From assembly GCA_032718475.1 (NCBI GenBank), contig JAUCBJ010004840.1, positions 1 through 64,000 of the forward strand: a DNA stretch of 64,000 bases, given 5' to 3'. A program made the position numbers and the translations under genes. The DNA is from Nemertoderma westbladi. Taxonomy: Eukaryota > Animalia > Xenacoelomorpha. This document shows, one piece after another, positions 39,681 to 51,714 of the stretch; position 1 is the first letter of the stretch, and each line of letters opens with the position of its first letter. A model generated the notes under the pieces. That model was not told the origin of the DNA and did no database searches. It saw only the letters and a list, made by a program, of their open reading frames with translations.

Positions 39681-40860
39681 ATGAGTGCCCAAGTAGTAAC
39701 TGCAGGTAATTGGGATGTTTCGATTGAATCTGAGAAGAAATTGAGCAAGAAGGGTAAAAAAGGTAAACGAAAGGGGAAGGGGAAGGGAAGTAAATCGAAG
39801 GGAAAGCAATTGGTTAAAATACAGGAAGATGCTGAATATCTAGGTTTATTATCAGACGAAGATAAAATGTTAGTCCAAAGAGAAAACAAAAGTAAGAAGA
39901 AGAAAACGTTAAAGTTCCTTTTAGTTGGCGATATGCATTTGGAACGAATGAAACGGGAGAAAACCTTGATGATAAAGTCGGATAATGTGCTCCGGGATAG
40001 TCGGGAGCTGCATCCACGAAACGTTTACGACGTAGTTCTGCATGGACACACGATATCTACGGTTGAGAATCTCGAGAAGTTCACCAGATGTCGGATTCTC
40101 GACTTGTCTTGCAACCGGATTAAACGAATACAGGGCTTGGAAACTCTTATAGAATTGCAGGAACTGAAACTTTATGGAAACGAGATAGAAAGTGTGACAG
40201 GTTTGGATTATCTTACTGAACTTGTTTCTCTCTCGCTGCAATACAACCGTATCAACTCTCTTGGTAAGGGTCTCCACTGTCTACGAAAGCTCCAGGTACT
40301 TCGTCTCGATGGAAACACGCTGGAGGTTCTAGAACCGGCTTCCTTTACAAAGAGCCCCGAACTTCTCAATCTCGATCTCAGTAACAACAAACTCGAACGA
40401 TTATCGGCCATAAAATACGCGAATAAGTTGCGCGAGTTGAATGTTGTTGGTAACCGGTTGAATAAAGCGGATGTTGGTTCCTGTTTCAACCTCACAGAAG
40501 TAGACCTTTCCAGTAACTTTATAACTGATGTTTCTCCGTTACAACATCTAAGGAAGATAGAGGTAATTAAGTTAGATCGGAATCTGGTTACTTCGAACGG
40601 ACTCCTATTGGCTGGTACGTTGCCATCGTTACGGGAACTACACATCGCACATAATAAACTATCATCTCTAGCCGGGATTAATAAACAGTTTAGTGGGTTG
40701 GTCGTGTTTAATGTAAGTTATAATTGCGTCGCAGAGTGGGATGAAGTTCTGCAATCGGTTCATATGAGACGGCTTCAGGAATTTTGTTGTCATGGGAACC
40801 CGTTTGCTAAGAGTAAACCGGATTACCACGAAGAGTTGATGGAGTTGCTTCCGAATTTGA
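39681..40860 (+). CDS. SDS22/PPP1R7-type leucine-rich repeat protein, exon 1
   Basis: ATG at 39681, Lys-rich N-terminus, ~11 LxxLxLxxNxI repeats, LRR-cap GNPF...Y...LPNL, TTGA|GTAAGT donor (phase 1). Confidence 0.88.
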
Positions 40861-41240
40861 GTAAGTCTTAGAGACAATGAGAGTAAGTTTCACAGAAAAC
40901 GAGAGTAAGTCGTAAGTCTTTAAAGACAATGAGAATAAGTCTTACAGACAATGAGAGTAAGTTTTACAGTAAACGATAGTAAGTCTTCTAGACACTGATA
41001 ATAAGTCTTACAGACAATGAGAGTAATGTTCACTGAAAACGGGAGTAAGTCTTAAAAAGACAATGCGAATAAGTCTTACAGACAATGAGAGTAAGTTTCG
41101 CAGTAAACGAGAGTAAGTCTTAAAGACAATGGGAATAAGTCTTAAAGGCAATGAGAATAAGTCTTATTGACAACGATAGTAAGTATCATAAACAGTGAGA
41201 GTAAGTCGCATAGCCATTCTACAGTATATGAGAGTAAGTC
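40859..41240 (+). repeat. Degenerate ~22-bp tandem array (~17 copies) of the LRR exon 1 donor
   Basis: TGA|GTAAGTCTTAGAGACAATGAGA|GTAAGTTTCACAGAAAACGAGA|GTAAGT... begins exactly at the real donor. Confidence 0.88.
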
Positions 41241-41365
41241 AAGACCAATCAGTACACAGTATAATTTTTCAGTCCATCTACATCCACATATCTACAAACG
41301 TGATTTAAAATTATTATTAGATAATTTATGTAATCCTATGCGCATGGCGACATTTTCTTCATTAG

Positions 41366-41652
41366 GTATGCTCAATGATGCTGTTACGGCTAAGAAACCG
41401 ACGCCGCGGGCATTCCTGCCAGGCCAGACGCACCCGGAACTACCGTTAATCCGACCCCTAACTGTACAGACAGCTTTGAGTTGTCGTCACGTTTCCACCC
41501 AACTTCGCGAGATCGAGCAGGGATTGGCGGAGGACAGCCGCTTTATTGCATCCACATTCGATTCGTTAAGACTCACTATGTACAATCTGGGCACTTGGAG
41601 GGGCGATGACCTTAAACTCACAGACAGACCGACGCCACCACCCTCTACCGAA
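41366..41652 (+). CDS. LRR protein exon 2
   Basis: TTCATTAG acceptor, phase 1/0, completes the cap (LPNLSMLND)...PTPPPSTE, GTAGGT donor. Confidence 0.8.
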
Positions 41653-41880
41653 GTAGGTCGAAAAGGGGGGAGGGGCGTGTGGTCGCAGTATGAGTGTCGA
41701 TTATGGCGAATGTTTGATAATTATGATTATTTAAATGACGAAATAATAGTTTTTAAAAAAAAAATTGTAAAATCATAAAAAACATATATAATCCTAACTC
41801 TAAACTAAAATATGCCTAGCATAAATCTAATCAACACGCTTATGATTATATGTATCTTTACATTTGTGCTATTTATCCAG

Positions 41881-42011
41881 GAATTAGAAGCGGCGACAGC
41901 TAATCTTGCGATAACCGGACCTTTGGATTCTGAACCATTGGAAGAAGCCGCTTCTCCTGAGCCGTTACCCTATATCGACCCTACGGCGCTGTTAGCACCT
42001 TTAGAATCACG
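41881..42011 (+). CDS. LRR protein exon 3
   Basis: TTTATCCAG acceptor, phase 0/2, ELEAATANL...APLES, GTTAGT donor. Confidence 0.78.
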
Positions 42012-42237
42012 GTTAGTCTGTTACATACTTTGGAAATTTATTTTAATATAATTAAATAACTTTATTTGTTGTAAGTCACTTTTTTCAAATTCGTTAACAA
42101 GTTTGACAAAAAAGAACACTTTTTTGTCAACAAAAAAAAAAATGTTCGAATTAAATTTCAAAGTAATTTCCTTGACATCAATAATAACGTTGCATAATAA
42201 TATTTAATATTTTAGAATATTAGGATATCATAATAGA

Positions 42238-42815
42238 GCCTACAGTATACTACACCCGCCTACAGTATACTACACCCGCCTACAGTATACTACACCCGCC
42301 TACAGTATACTACACCCGCCTACAGTATACTACACCCGCCTACAGTATACTACACCCGCCTACAGTATACTACACCCGCCTACAGTATACTACACCCGCC
42401 TACAGTATACTACACCCGCCTACAGTATACTACACCCGCCTACAGTATACTACACCCGCCTACAGTATACTACACCCGCCTACAGTATACTACACCCGCC
42501 TACAGTATACTACACCCGCCTACAGTATACTACACCCGCCTACAGTATACTACACCCGCCTACAGTATACTACACCCGCCTACAGTATACTACACCCGCC
42601 TACAGTATACTACACCCGCCTACAGTATACTACACCCGCCTACAGTATACTACACCCGCCTACAGTATACTACACCCGCCTACAGTATACTACACCCGCC
42701 TACAGTATACTACACCCGCCTACAGTATACTACACCCGCCTACAGTATACTACACCGGCCTACAGTATACTACACCCGCCTACAGTATACTACACCCGCC
42801 TACTACACCCGCCTA
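42238..42815. repeat. Near-perfect 20-bp tandem array in LRR intron 3
   Basis: (GCCTACAGTATACTACACCC) x ~28, with one substitution seen. Confidence 0.97.
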
Positions 42816-42925
42816 TTTTATTATTGAGATTTATTATCCCTAGATTTGAGTAGATCTATGCTATAACTCTTCTGAGAATATCTGATGTGCCGACACGCCG
42901 TTGTTAGGGAGTTGTTCATCATAAT

Positions 42926-43099
42926 ATTCACTAGATGGTGGAAGCCAGGGGTCTATCTCCCTCAAAACTAAACAAAATAAGATGAGTTTTCTAACGATTT
43001 CTGCCAATTTAGGCCTTAGGGCAGAAATCGATAGAGAACTCATCTTATTTTGTTTACTTTTGAGGGAGATAGACCCCTGGCTTCCACCATTTAGTGAAT
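42926..43099. mobile_element. ~170-bp fold-back (palindromic) MITE-like element
   Basis: ATTCACTAGATGGTGGAAGCCAGGGGTCTATCTCCCTCAAAA... is inverted at ...TTTTGAGGGAGATAGACCCCTGGCTTCCACCATTTAGTGAAT. The TSD is unclear. Confidence 0.7.
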
Positions 43100-43194
43100 C
43101 TTCTGAGAATGACTTCATAGTGATACTTTATGAATTTTATGCTATTTGTGCTTCCATACCCCAGCCATGAAGTATAATTATTGTTTATTTACAG

Positions 43195-43474
43195 AACGAC
43201 TGACGACGGATATGACGAAGTTGAATTAAATGAAATGACGTCTCACATGGCTCCTTCCTCTAATATACCAATCACAGGCGCCCTTGGTACTAGCGATGGG
43301 AATGAGTTTGGATTGGATAGGTTGTCGAGTGAGTTGAGTTCAACACCAAGTACTCGAGCAAGTTCGGCAGCGGACCAACCCAATGAACCTGCTAATTCAT
43401 CGAGAATAAGTAGTGCTAGGCAACGGTTAATTAACGCCAAGGACTACGCAGATAGTATCGTCAGTGATTCCTAA
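43195..43474 (+). CDS. LRR protein exon 4 (last)
   Basis: TTTACAG acceptor, phase 2, TTDDGYDEVEL...SARQRLINAKDYADSIVSDS*. The four exons total 1878 nt (625 aa + stop). Confidence 0.78.
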
Positions 43475-44723
43475 GTTTTATTTTGGACATATTTTGTTAT
43501 TGTCGGTCTACGCAGCTCTCCTACGCAGTCTGTTACTAACACCATGTAGACATACACACTACACAGGTCTCGTACGCATTCTGTTATTGACCCCATGTAG
43601 GCCCACACACTACACAGGTCTCGTACGCAGTCTGTTATTGGCCCCATGTAGGCCCACACACTACGCAGGTCTCGCACGCAGTCTGTTATTGGCCCCATGT
43701 AGGCCCACACACTACACAGGTCTCGTACGCAGTCTGTTATTGGCCCCATGTAGGCCCACACACTACACAGGTCTCGTACGCAGTCTGTTATTGGCCCCAT
43801 GATGGCCCACACACTACACAGATATCGTACGCAGTCTGTTATTGGCCCCATGTAGGCCCACACACTACACAGGTCTCGTACGCAGTCTGTTATTGGCCCC
43901 ATGTAGGCCCACACACTACACAGGTCTCGTACGCAGTCTGTTATTGGCCCCATGTAGGCCCACACACAACACAGGTCTCGTACGCAGTCTGTTATTGGCC
44001 CCATGTAGGCCCACACACTACACAGATCTCGTACGCAGTCTGTTATTGACCCCATGTAGGCCCACACACTATACAGGTCTCGTACGCAGTCTGTTATTGG
44101 CCCCATGTAGGCCCACACACTACACAGGTCTCGTACGCAGTCTGTTATTGGCCCCATGTAGGCTCACACACTACACAGGTCTCGTACGCAGTCTGTTATT
44201 GGCCCCATGATGGCCCACACACTACACAGGTCTCGTACGCAGTCTGTTATTGGCCCCATGTAGGCCCACACACTACACAGGTCTCGTACGCAGTCTGTTA
44301 TTGGCCCCATGATGGCCCACACACTACACAGGTCTCGTACGCAGTCTGTTATTGGCCCCATGTAGGCTCACACACTACACAGGTCTCGTACGCAGTCTGT
44401 TATTGGCCGCATGTAGACATAAACACATCTCTCCTACACAGTCTGTTATTGGCCCCATGTAGGCTCACACACTACACAGGTATCGTACGCAGTCTGTTAT
44501 TGGCCGCATGTAGACATAAACACATCTCTCCTACGCAGTCTGTTATTGGCCCCATGTAGGCTCACACACTACACAGGTATCGTACGCAGTCTGTTATTGG
44601 CCGCATGTAGACATAAACACATCTCTCCTACGCAGTCTGTTATTGGCCCCATGTAGGCTCACACACTACACAGGTATCGTACGCAGTCTGTTATTGGCCG
44701 CATGTAGACATAAACACATCTCT

Positions 44724-47435
44724 TGTAATAAAGTTATTACAGTAGATTTATACTATTTTATACTGTATACTTCTTTTGGTGAAGGTTTACTACCGGGACA
44801 GTGCTGATAGATGATTATTGATTGAGAGACAAGCCAGCAAGCAGATTATTATATATTTAGTATTGTCTGACAGCTGACCCCTTTTTCTTGCTGCTTTAGC
44901 TGACTGCCGGATGCAGTCAGCATTATGTTCGACTGAAGGCTGACTGTTGGATACAGTCAGCACTTATATATTTGGTGTGCGTATATTCCGCACATTTTGG
45001 TGCCTGGACCCGGATCCTGTTGAATGAAGGAATATAATCGGTGTTTGGGAATACTGTTTGGCAGTTTGGTGAATACTGGAATACCTACTGCAGTACTGAA
45101 CTGGAGTAATTAATCAGATAGGCTCAAACTGCAAACTGTTATATTTGGATACAGTACAGCAGTAAACTGCATATTCGACGGACGTACCTGTATCTACGGT
45201 CAGACGGTTAGGCCTAATGAGCCTATTGGCCTACCTATATTCATATTGCTGTATTAGTCAGTACTGGTATATAACGGTACCGGTACTGCATTTCTGCATT
45301 CGGAAATAAACTGGAACTGTGACACAACGCAAATTACGAAGTCAATCCGGCCAGAAATATTTGTAATTTAATCTACCTAACCTAGGCCTTGTAGATAGAA
45401 TGGCTGAACCGTTGGGTAAGTTAAGGAAACGGAGAGCAGGTCATAAAGCAACCGCTACTCGTTTAATGGGAGATCTCCATGGCGAAATGTACTCAGATTT
45501 CACCAACCGTACATTACACGATGATGTCAATGTTGAAACTATAGAGGATTTATCCGAGGGATTGCGAAATCAGAGGGCGAAAATAGCTGAGTTGACTGAG
45601 GAGATTCAACATCTTGTAGAAGATGAAGATCAGTTAGTTACCGAAATCAATTCATCTGCTAAGGATGACATGCAGATAGGTTCCTTATTGCGTCGAGTAG
45701 ATAAGTTATTAGGTCTAAGTAATTCTGTAAGTCAGCATGGCCAAATCCACCCTTCTGATCACATCGGTTTTAATCCGGAAAATACTGGGTTAGATAGAAC
45801 CCAGATAGGAAATACGAGGCCTATGGGATTAACCCCTCAGAAGCTTCCAAACCTTAAACTTCCAAAATTTAGTGGCGATCCGATAGAATGGCCCAATTTC
45901 TGGGATCGATTTGAGGATGCAATACATAAGAGAACTGATCTAGCTGGAGCCACTAAATTTACGTATCTAGAAGGCCAACTCTCTGGTGAGGCTTCTTCTT
46001 TAGTAACAAACTTCCAGAGAAGTAATGATGATTATATTGAGGCCATTGAACTTCTTAGGACTACTTATGGTCAGAAAAAGTTAATTATGAGGGCTCGTCT
46101 CAATACTGTGTTCGATATGGAGTCTCCTAAAGCGACTTCGAAGGATTTAGCTTCATTTCGAGCAAATTATGAAGCGCAACTGCGTGGAATCAAACAGCTA
46201 GGAGGTAATGTGGAGGAATCTGGCTACGTATACGCCGAACTAATTCTTCGTAAGCTTCCTGCTTCAGTTCGTAGTAATATAAATAGGGCCGCTCGCTCCA
46301 CTTATTGGACGCTTGAGGAGTTACGGGTAGCTCTAAATGATGAAATCGAACAGTTAAGGTCTACTGAGTCACAAAGTACTTACCTAAAACCTCATAATAA
46401 CTATGGTAGTAAATTTAAAAGCGATAGTAGAAATTCATCAGCCAATTCTTTGGGTTCTGAAACTGGAGGAACACTTGGCTCTTTCAGCACGACAGCAAGT
46501 ACACCATTCGATAGGAAACGCAGACCGGTTTCCTGTTATCTATGTAAGGCAGATCATCCTGCCCGATTGTGTGACCAGTATAAGACTCCAAATCTTAAAT
46601 TAGCTCGAGTTAGAGAATTGCGTTTATGTACAAGATGTCTTAGACATAGACATTCAGAAGGTAAACCATGTCTCAGTGAGGAAGGTTGTCAAGTATGTAG
46701 GAAGGGTCACCATACCATTCTCCATTTGGATTCTAAACCAAATCCTAGTACAGTTGCAGCTATTACATCTGATACAGGGGATGTTTGTTTGGCAACTTCG
46801 GGTGGATCTACATTACTTCCTACCGCAATCTGTCCTATAAGATTCCTAAATGATGGGAAGGAGGATGATTACTCTGTTCGTACAATTCTCGATCAAGCTG
46901 CACAACGTACTTTTATACTCCGTCGAATTGTCAAGGCATTAGGATTGGAGACAATTAATAAAGTTTCATCTTATTATGACGATATTAGTGAGTCTTCAAA
47001 GTCTGAGTGCAGTTCTGGAAGTGAAAGTTTTTAGTAACAAATGACGGATTTGTAGTTAGTTAATATGTATTGTTCAGTAATTGTTATTTACGAAAGATGT
47101 TTGTAATAATTTTAGTTTATATTATTTGCAACTGTACCCAATTGATTATTTTTGGGCGGGAGAATGTAATAAAGTTATTACAGTAGATTTATACTATTTT
47201 ATACTGTATACTTCTTTTGGTGAAGGTTTACTACCGGGACAGTGCTGATAGATGATTATTGATTGAGAGACAAGCCAGCAAGCAGATTATTATATATTTA
47301 GTATTGTCTGACAGCTGACCCCTTTTTCTTGCTGCTTTAGCTGACTGCCGGATGCAGTCAGCATTATGTTCGACTGAAGGCTGACTGTTGGATACAGTCA
47401 GCACTTATATATTTGGTGTGCGTATATTCCGCACA
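44724..47435 (+). mobile_element. Gag-only BEL/Pao LTR retrotransposon (non-autonomous, recent)
   Basis: 271-bp TG...CA LTRs at 44724-44994 and 47165-47435, identical by eye. PBS TGGTGCCTGGACCCGGATC (tRNA-His-like), PPT GGGCGGGAGAA, TSD TCTCT/TCTAT. Confidence 0.95.
45400..47034 (+). CDS. gag: BEL/Pao Gag (DUF1759-type) with three Cys/His knuckles and a truncated protease start
   Basis: LPNLKLPKFSGDPIEWPNFWDRF...KFTYL, CYLC..H....C, CTRC..H, CQVC...HHTILH, LLPTA, ILDQAAQRTFI. No RT, RNase H or integrase. Confidence 0.9.
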   Translation: MAEPLGKLRKRRAGHKATATRLMGDLHGEMYSDFTNRTLHDDVNVETIEDLSEGLRNQRAKIAELTEEIQHLVEDEDQLVTEINSSAKDDMQIGSLLRRVDKLLGLSNSVSQHGQIHPSDHIGFNPENTGLDRTQIGNTRPMGLTPQKLPNLKLPKFSGDPIEWPNFWDRFEDAIHKRTDLAGATKFTYLEGQLSGEASSLVTNFQRSNDDYIEAIELLRTTYGQKKLIMRARLNTVFDMESPKATSKDLASFRANYEAQLRGIKQLGGNVEESGYVYAELILRKLPASVRSNINRAARSTYWTLEELRVALNDEIEQLRSTESQSTYLKPHNNYGSKFKSDSRNSSANSLGSETGGTLGSFSTTASTPFDRKRRPVSCYLCKADHPARLCDQYKTPNLKLARVRELRLCTRCLRHRHSEGKPCLSEEGCQVCRKGHHTILHLDSKPNPSTVAAITSDTGDVCLATSGGSTLLPTAICPIRFLNDGKEDDYSVRTILDQAAQRTFILRRIVKALGLETINKVSSYYDDISESSKSECSSGSESF

Positions 47436-49154
47436 TCTATCCTACGCAGTCTGTTATTGGCCCCATGTAGGCTCACACACTACACAGGTATCGTACGCAG
47501 TCTGTTATTGGCCGCATGTAGACATAAACACATCTCTCCTACACAGTCTGTTATTGGCCCCATGTAGGCTCACACACTACACAGGTATCGTACGCAGTCT
47601 GTTATTGGCCGCATGTAGACATAAACACATCTCTCCTACACAGTCTGTTATTGACCCCATGTAGGCTCACACACTACACAGGTATCGTACGCAGTCTGTT
47701 ATTGGCCGCATGTAGACATAAACACATCTCTCCTACGCAGTCTGTTATTGGCCCCATGTAGGCTCACACACTACACAGGTATCGTACGCAGTCTGTTATT
47801 GGCCGCATGTAGACATAAACACATCTCTCCTACACAGTCTGTTATTGGCCCCATGTAGGCTCACACACTACACAGGTATCGTACGCAGTCTGTTATTGGC
47901 CGCATGTAGACATAAACACATCTCTCCTACGCAGTCTGTTATTGGCCCCATGTAGGCTCACACACTACACAGGTCTCGTACGCAGTCTGTTATTGGCCCC
48001 ATGATGGCCCACACACTACACAGGTCTCGTACGCAGTCTGTTATTGGCCCCATGATGGCCCACACACTACACAGGTATCGTACGCAGTCTGTTATTGGCC
48101 CCATGTAGGCTCACACACTACACAGGTCTCGTACGCAGTCTGTTATTGGCCGCATGTAGACATAAACACATCTCTCCTACACAGTCTGTTATTGGCCCCA
48201 TGTAGGCTCACACACTACACAGGTATCGTACGCAGTCTGTTATTGGCCGCATGTAGACATAAACACATCTCTCCTACGCAGTCTGTTATTGACCCCATGT
48301 AGGCCCACACACTACACAGGTATCGTACGCAGTCTGTTATTGGCCGCATGTAGACATAAACACATCTCTCCTACACAGTCTGTTATTGACCCCATGTAGG
48401 CTCACACACTACACAGGTATCGTACGCAGTCTGTTATTGGCCGCATGTAGACATAAACACATCTCTCCTACGCAGTCTGTTATTGACCCCATGTAGGCCC
48501 ACACACTACACATCTCTCCTACACAGTCTGTTACTGACACCATGTAGACCTACACACAGCTCTCCTACACAGTCTGTTACTGACACCATGTAGACCTACA
48601 CACAGCTCTCCTACACCGTCTGTCACTGACACCATATAGACCTACACACAGCTCTACTACACACATGCAGTTTTACGATCTGTTGATTAAAGTAGATGTA
48701 ACGGTTTCATTACAGGAGGTCTCTATTGTGATATATCTCGTACGATCTCGTACGGATCTTGTACGACGCAGAATATCGATTGAAAGTTTGAATATTGTTG
48801 TGTACCCAATAATGTTAATGTTGTTCTTTACTTTACACGTATCAGTCGAATCTCCTTTATGAAATCATCGTTTCACTCAAATTGTATGTAATAGTAATTA
48901 CCTTTTTTTAGCCTTTTTTCTCTGTAAGATTGCATGAGATTACATTACGGATCGCTCGGAATATTTCTCGGTCCACTTAAGGTCTAGTAGCTATTTGTTT
49001 TTATATAATTTTCTCCATAAAATGGCCTTAAACATACTTTTAATAAACTTCCATTCTCGTTATATATTACCTTTTCACTTGGTTTGTCTAATAGTATATC
49101 CATTACGTCCAGGAAAACAGCGTATTGCGTTTATTGACTTGTGATACGTATTTC

Positions 49155-51515
49155 CGTTATACAACAGTGCTAGAACACGGCACTGCCGCCGGTTATATAA
49201 CAGTGCTAGAACACGGCACTGCCGCCGGTTATATAACAGTGCTAGCACACGGCACTGCCGCCAGTTAAATAACAGTGCTAGCACACGGCACTGCCGCCAG
49301 TTATATAACAGTGCTAGCACACGGCACTGCCGCCAGTTATATAACAGTGCTAGCACATGGCAAGGCCGCCAGTTATATAACAGTGCTAGCACACGGCACT
49401 GCCGCCAGTTATATAACAGTGCTAGCACACGGCACTGCCGCCAGTTATATAACAGTGCTAGCACACGGCACTGCCGCCAGTTATATAACAGTGCTAGCAC
49501 ACGTCACTGCCGCCAGTTATATAACAGTGCTAGCACACGGCACTGCCGCCAGTTATATAACAGTGCTAGCACACGGCACTGCCGCCAGTTATATAACAGT
49601 GCTAGCACACGGCACTGCCGCCAGTTATATAACAGTGCTAGCACACGGCACTGCCGCCAGTTATATAACAGTGCTAGCACACGGCACTGCCGCCAGTTAA
49701 ATAACAGTGCTAGCACACGGCACTGCCGCCAGTTATATAACAGTGCTAGCACACGGCACTGTCGCCAGTTATATAACAGTGCTAGCACACGGCACTGCCG
49801 CCAGTTATATAACAGTGCTAGCACACGTCACTGTCGCCAGTTAAATTACAGTGCTAGCACACGGCACTGCCGCCAGTTAAATAACAGTGCTAGCACACGG
49901 CACTGTCGCCAGTTAAATTACAGTGCTAGCACACGGCACTGCCGCCAGTTAAATAACAGTGCTAGCACACGGCACTGCCGCCAGTTATATAACAGTGCTA
50001 GCACACGGCACTGCCACCAGTTATATAACAGTGCTAGCACACGGCACTGCCGCCAGTTATATAACAGTGCTAGCACACGGCACTGCCGCCAGTTATATAA
50101 CAGTGCTAGCACACGGCACTGCCGCCAGTTATATAACAGTGCTAGCACAGCTCACGGCACTGCCGCCAGTTAAATTACAGTGCTAGCACATGGCACTGCC
50201 GCCAGTTAAATAACAGTGCTAGCACACGGCACTGTCGCCAGTTAAATTACAGTGCTAGCACACGGCACTGCCGCCAGTTAAATAACAGTGCTAGTACACG
50301 GCACTGTCGCCAGTTAAATTACAGTGCTAGCACACGGCACTGCCGCCAGTTAAATAACAGTGCTAGCAGACGGCACTGCCGCCAGTTATATAACAGTGCT
50401 AGCACACGGCACTGCCGCCAGTTATATAACAGTGCTAACACAGCACACGGCACTGCCGCCAGTTAAATAACAGTGCTAGCACAGCACACGGCACTGCCGC
50501 CAGTTATATAACAGTGCTAGCACACGGCACTGCCGCCAGTTATATAACAGTGCTAGCACACGGCACTGCCGCCAGTTATATAACAGTGCTAACACAGCAC
50601 ACGGCACTGCCGCCAGTTAAATAACAGTGCTAGCACACGGCACTGCCGCCATTTATATAACAGTGCTAACACAGCACACGTCACTGCCGCCAGTTAAATA
50701 ACAGTGCTAGCACACGGCACTGCCGCCAGTTATATAACAGTGCTAGCACACGGCACTGCCGCCAGTTATATAACAGTGCTAGCACACGGCACTGCCGCCA
50801 GTTATATAACAGTGCTAGCACACGGCACTGCCGCCAGTTATATAACAGTGCTAGCACAGCACACGGCACTGCCGCCAGTTAAATAACAGTGCTAGCACAG
50901 CACAAGGCACTGCCGCCAGTTATACAACAGTGCTAGCACACGGCACTGCCTCCAGTTATATAACAGTGCTAACACAGCACACGGCACTGCCGCCAGTTAA
51001 ATAACAGTGCTAGCACACGGCATTGCCGCCAGTTATATAACAGTGCTAGCACACGGCACTGCCGCCAGTTATATAACAGTGCTAGCACACGGCACTGCCG
51101 CCAGTTATATAACAGTGCTAGCACACGGCACTGCCGCCAGTTATATGACAGTGCTAGCACACGGCACTGTCGCCAGTTATATAACAGTGCTAGCACATGG
51201 CACTGCCGCCGGTTATATAACAGTGCTAGCCCACGGCACTGCCGCCAGTTAAATAACAGTGCTAGCACAGCACACGGCACTGCCGCCAGTTATACAACAG
51301 TGCTAGCACACGGCACTGCCGCCAGCTATATAACAGTGCTAGCACACGTCACTGCCGCCAGTTAAATAACAGTGCTAGCACACGGCACTGCCGCCAGTTA
51401 TATAACAGTGCTAGCACAGCACACGGCTCTGCCGCCAGTTATATAACAGTGCTAGCACATGGCACTGCCGCCAGTTATATAACAGTGCTAGCACAGCACA
51501 CGGCACTGCCGCAAT
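49155..51515. repeat. 36-bp (variant 41-bp) tandem array
   Basis: Unit ACACGGCACTGCCGCCAGTTATATAACAGTGCTAGC. Confidence 0.97.
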
Positions 51516-51714
51516 TGTAAAAATCATTTTTAGTTAAATTTTCTGGTTAGGAACATTATTTAGTTGCCATTGTTTGACTGCCATCCTCGTATTTGTAGAA
51601 ATAAAGATCCTATAAAGCGGGGATTATAAATCATATAAATAGCAATTCTGCTCAGTTCCTTCATTACAAGTTATTTCATACATTACCTTATAGCAATATT
51701 GTTATATTTTAAAC

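Larger units (their letters stand above)
43505..48665. repeat. 51-bp / 46-bp tandem array (97-bp dimer in part) starting just after the LRR stop codon, split by an LTR element
   Basis: Units GTCTGTTATTGGCCCCATGTAGGCCCACACACTACACAGGTCTCGTACGCA and GTCTGTTATTGGCCGCATGTAGACATAAACACATCTCTCCTACGCA. Confidence 0.95.

Noticed and set aside
42844-42870. Extra LRR exon after CCCTAG at 42843
   Set aside because: In the required phase it reads R-F-E-stop. The 43195 acceptor gives a long open terminal exon, so this is at most a minor alternative end.
43464-51280. Repeat-peptide ORFs in the 51-bp and 36-bp arrays
   Set aside because: Unit lengths divisible by three give ORFs on both strands. Stops and 41/46-bp variants are scattered through the arrays.
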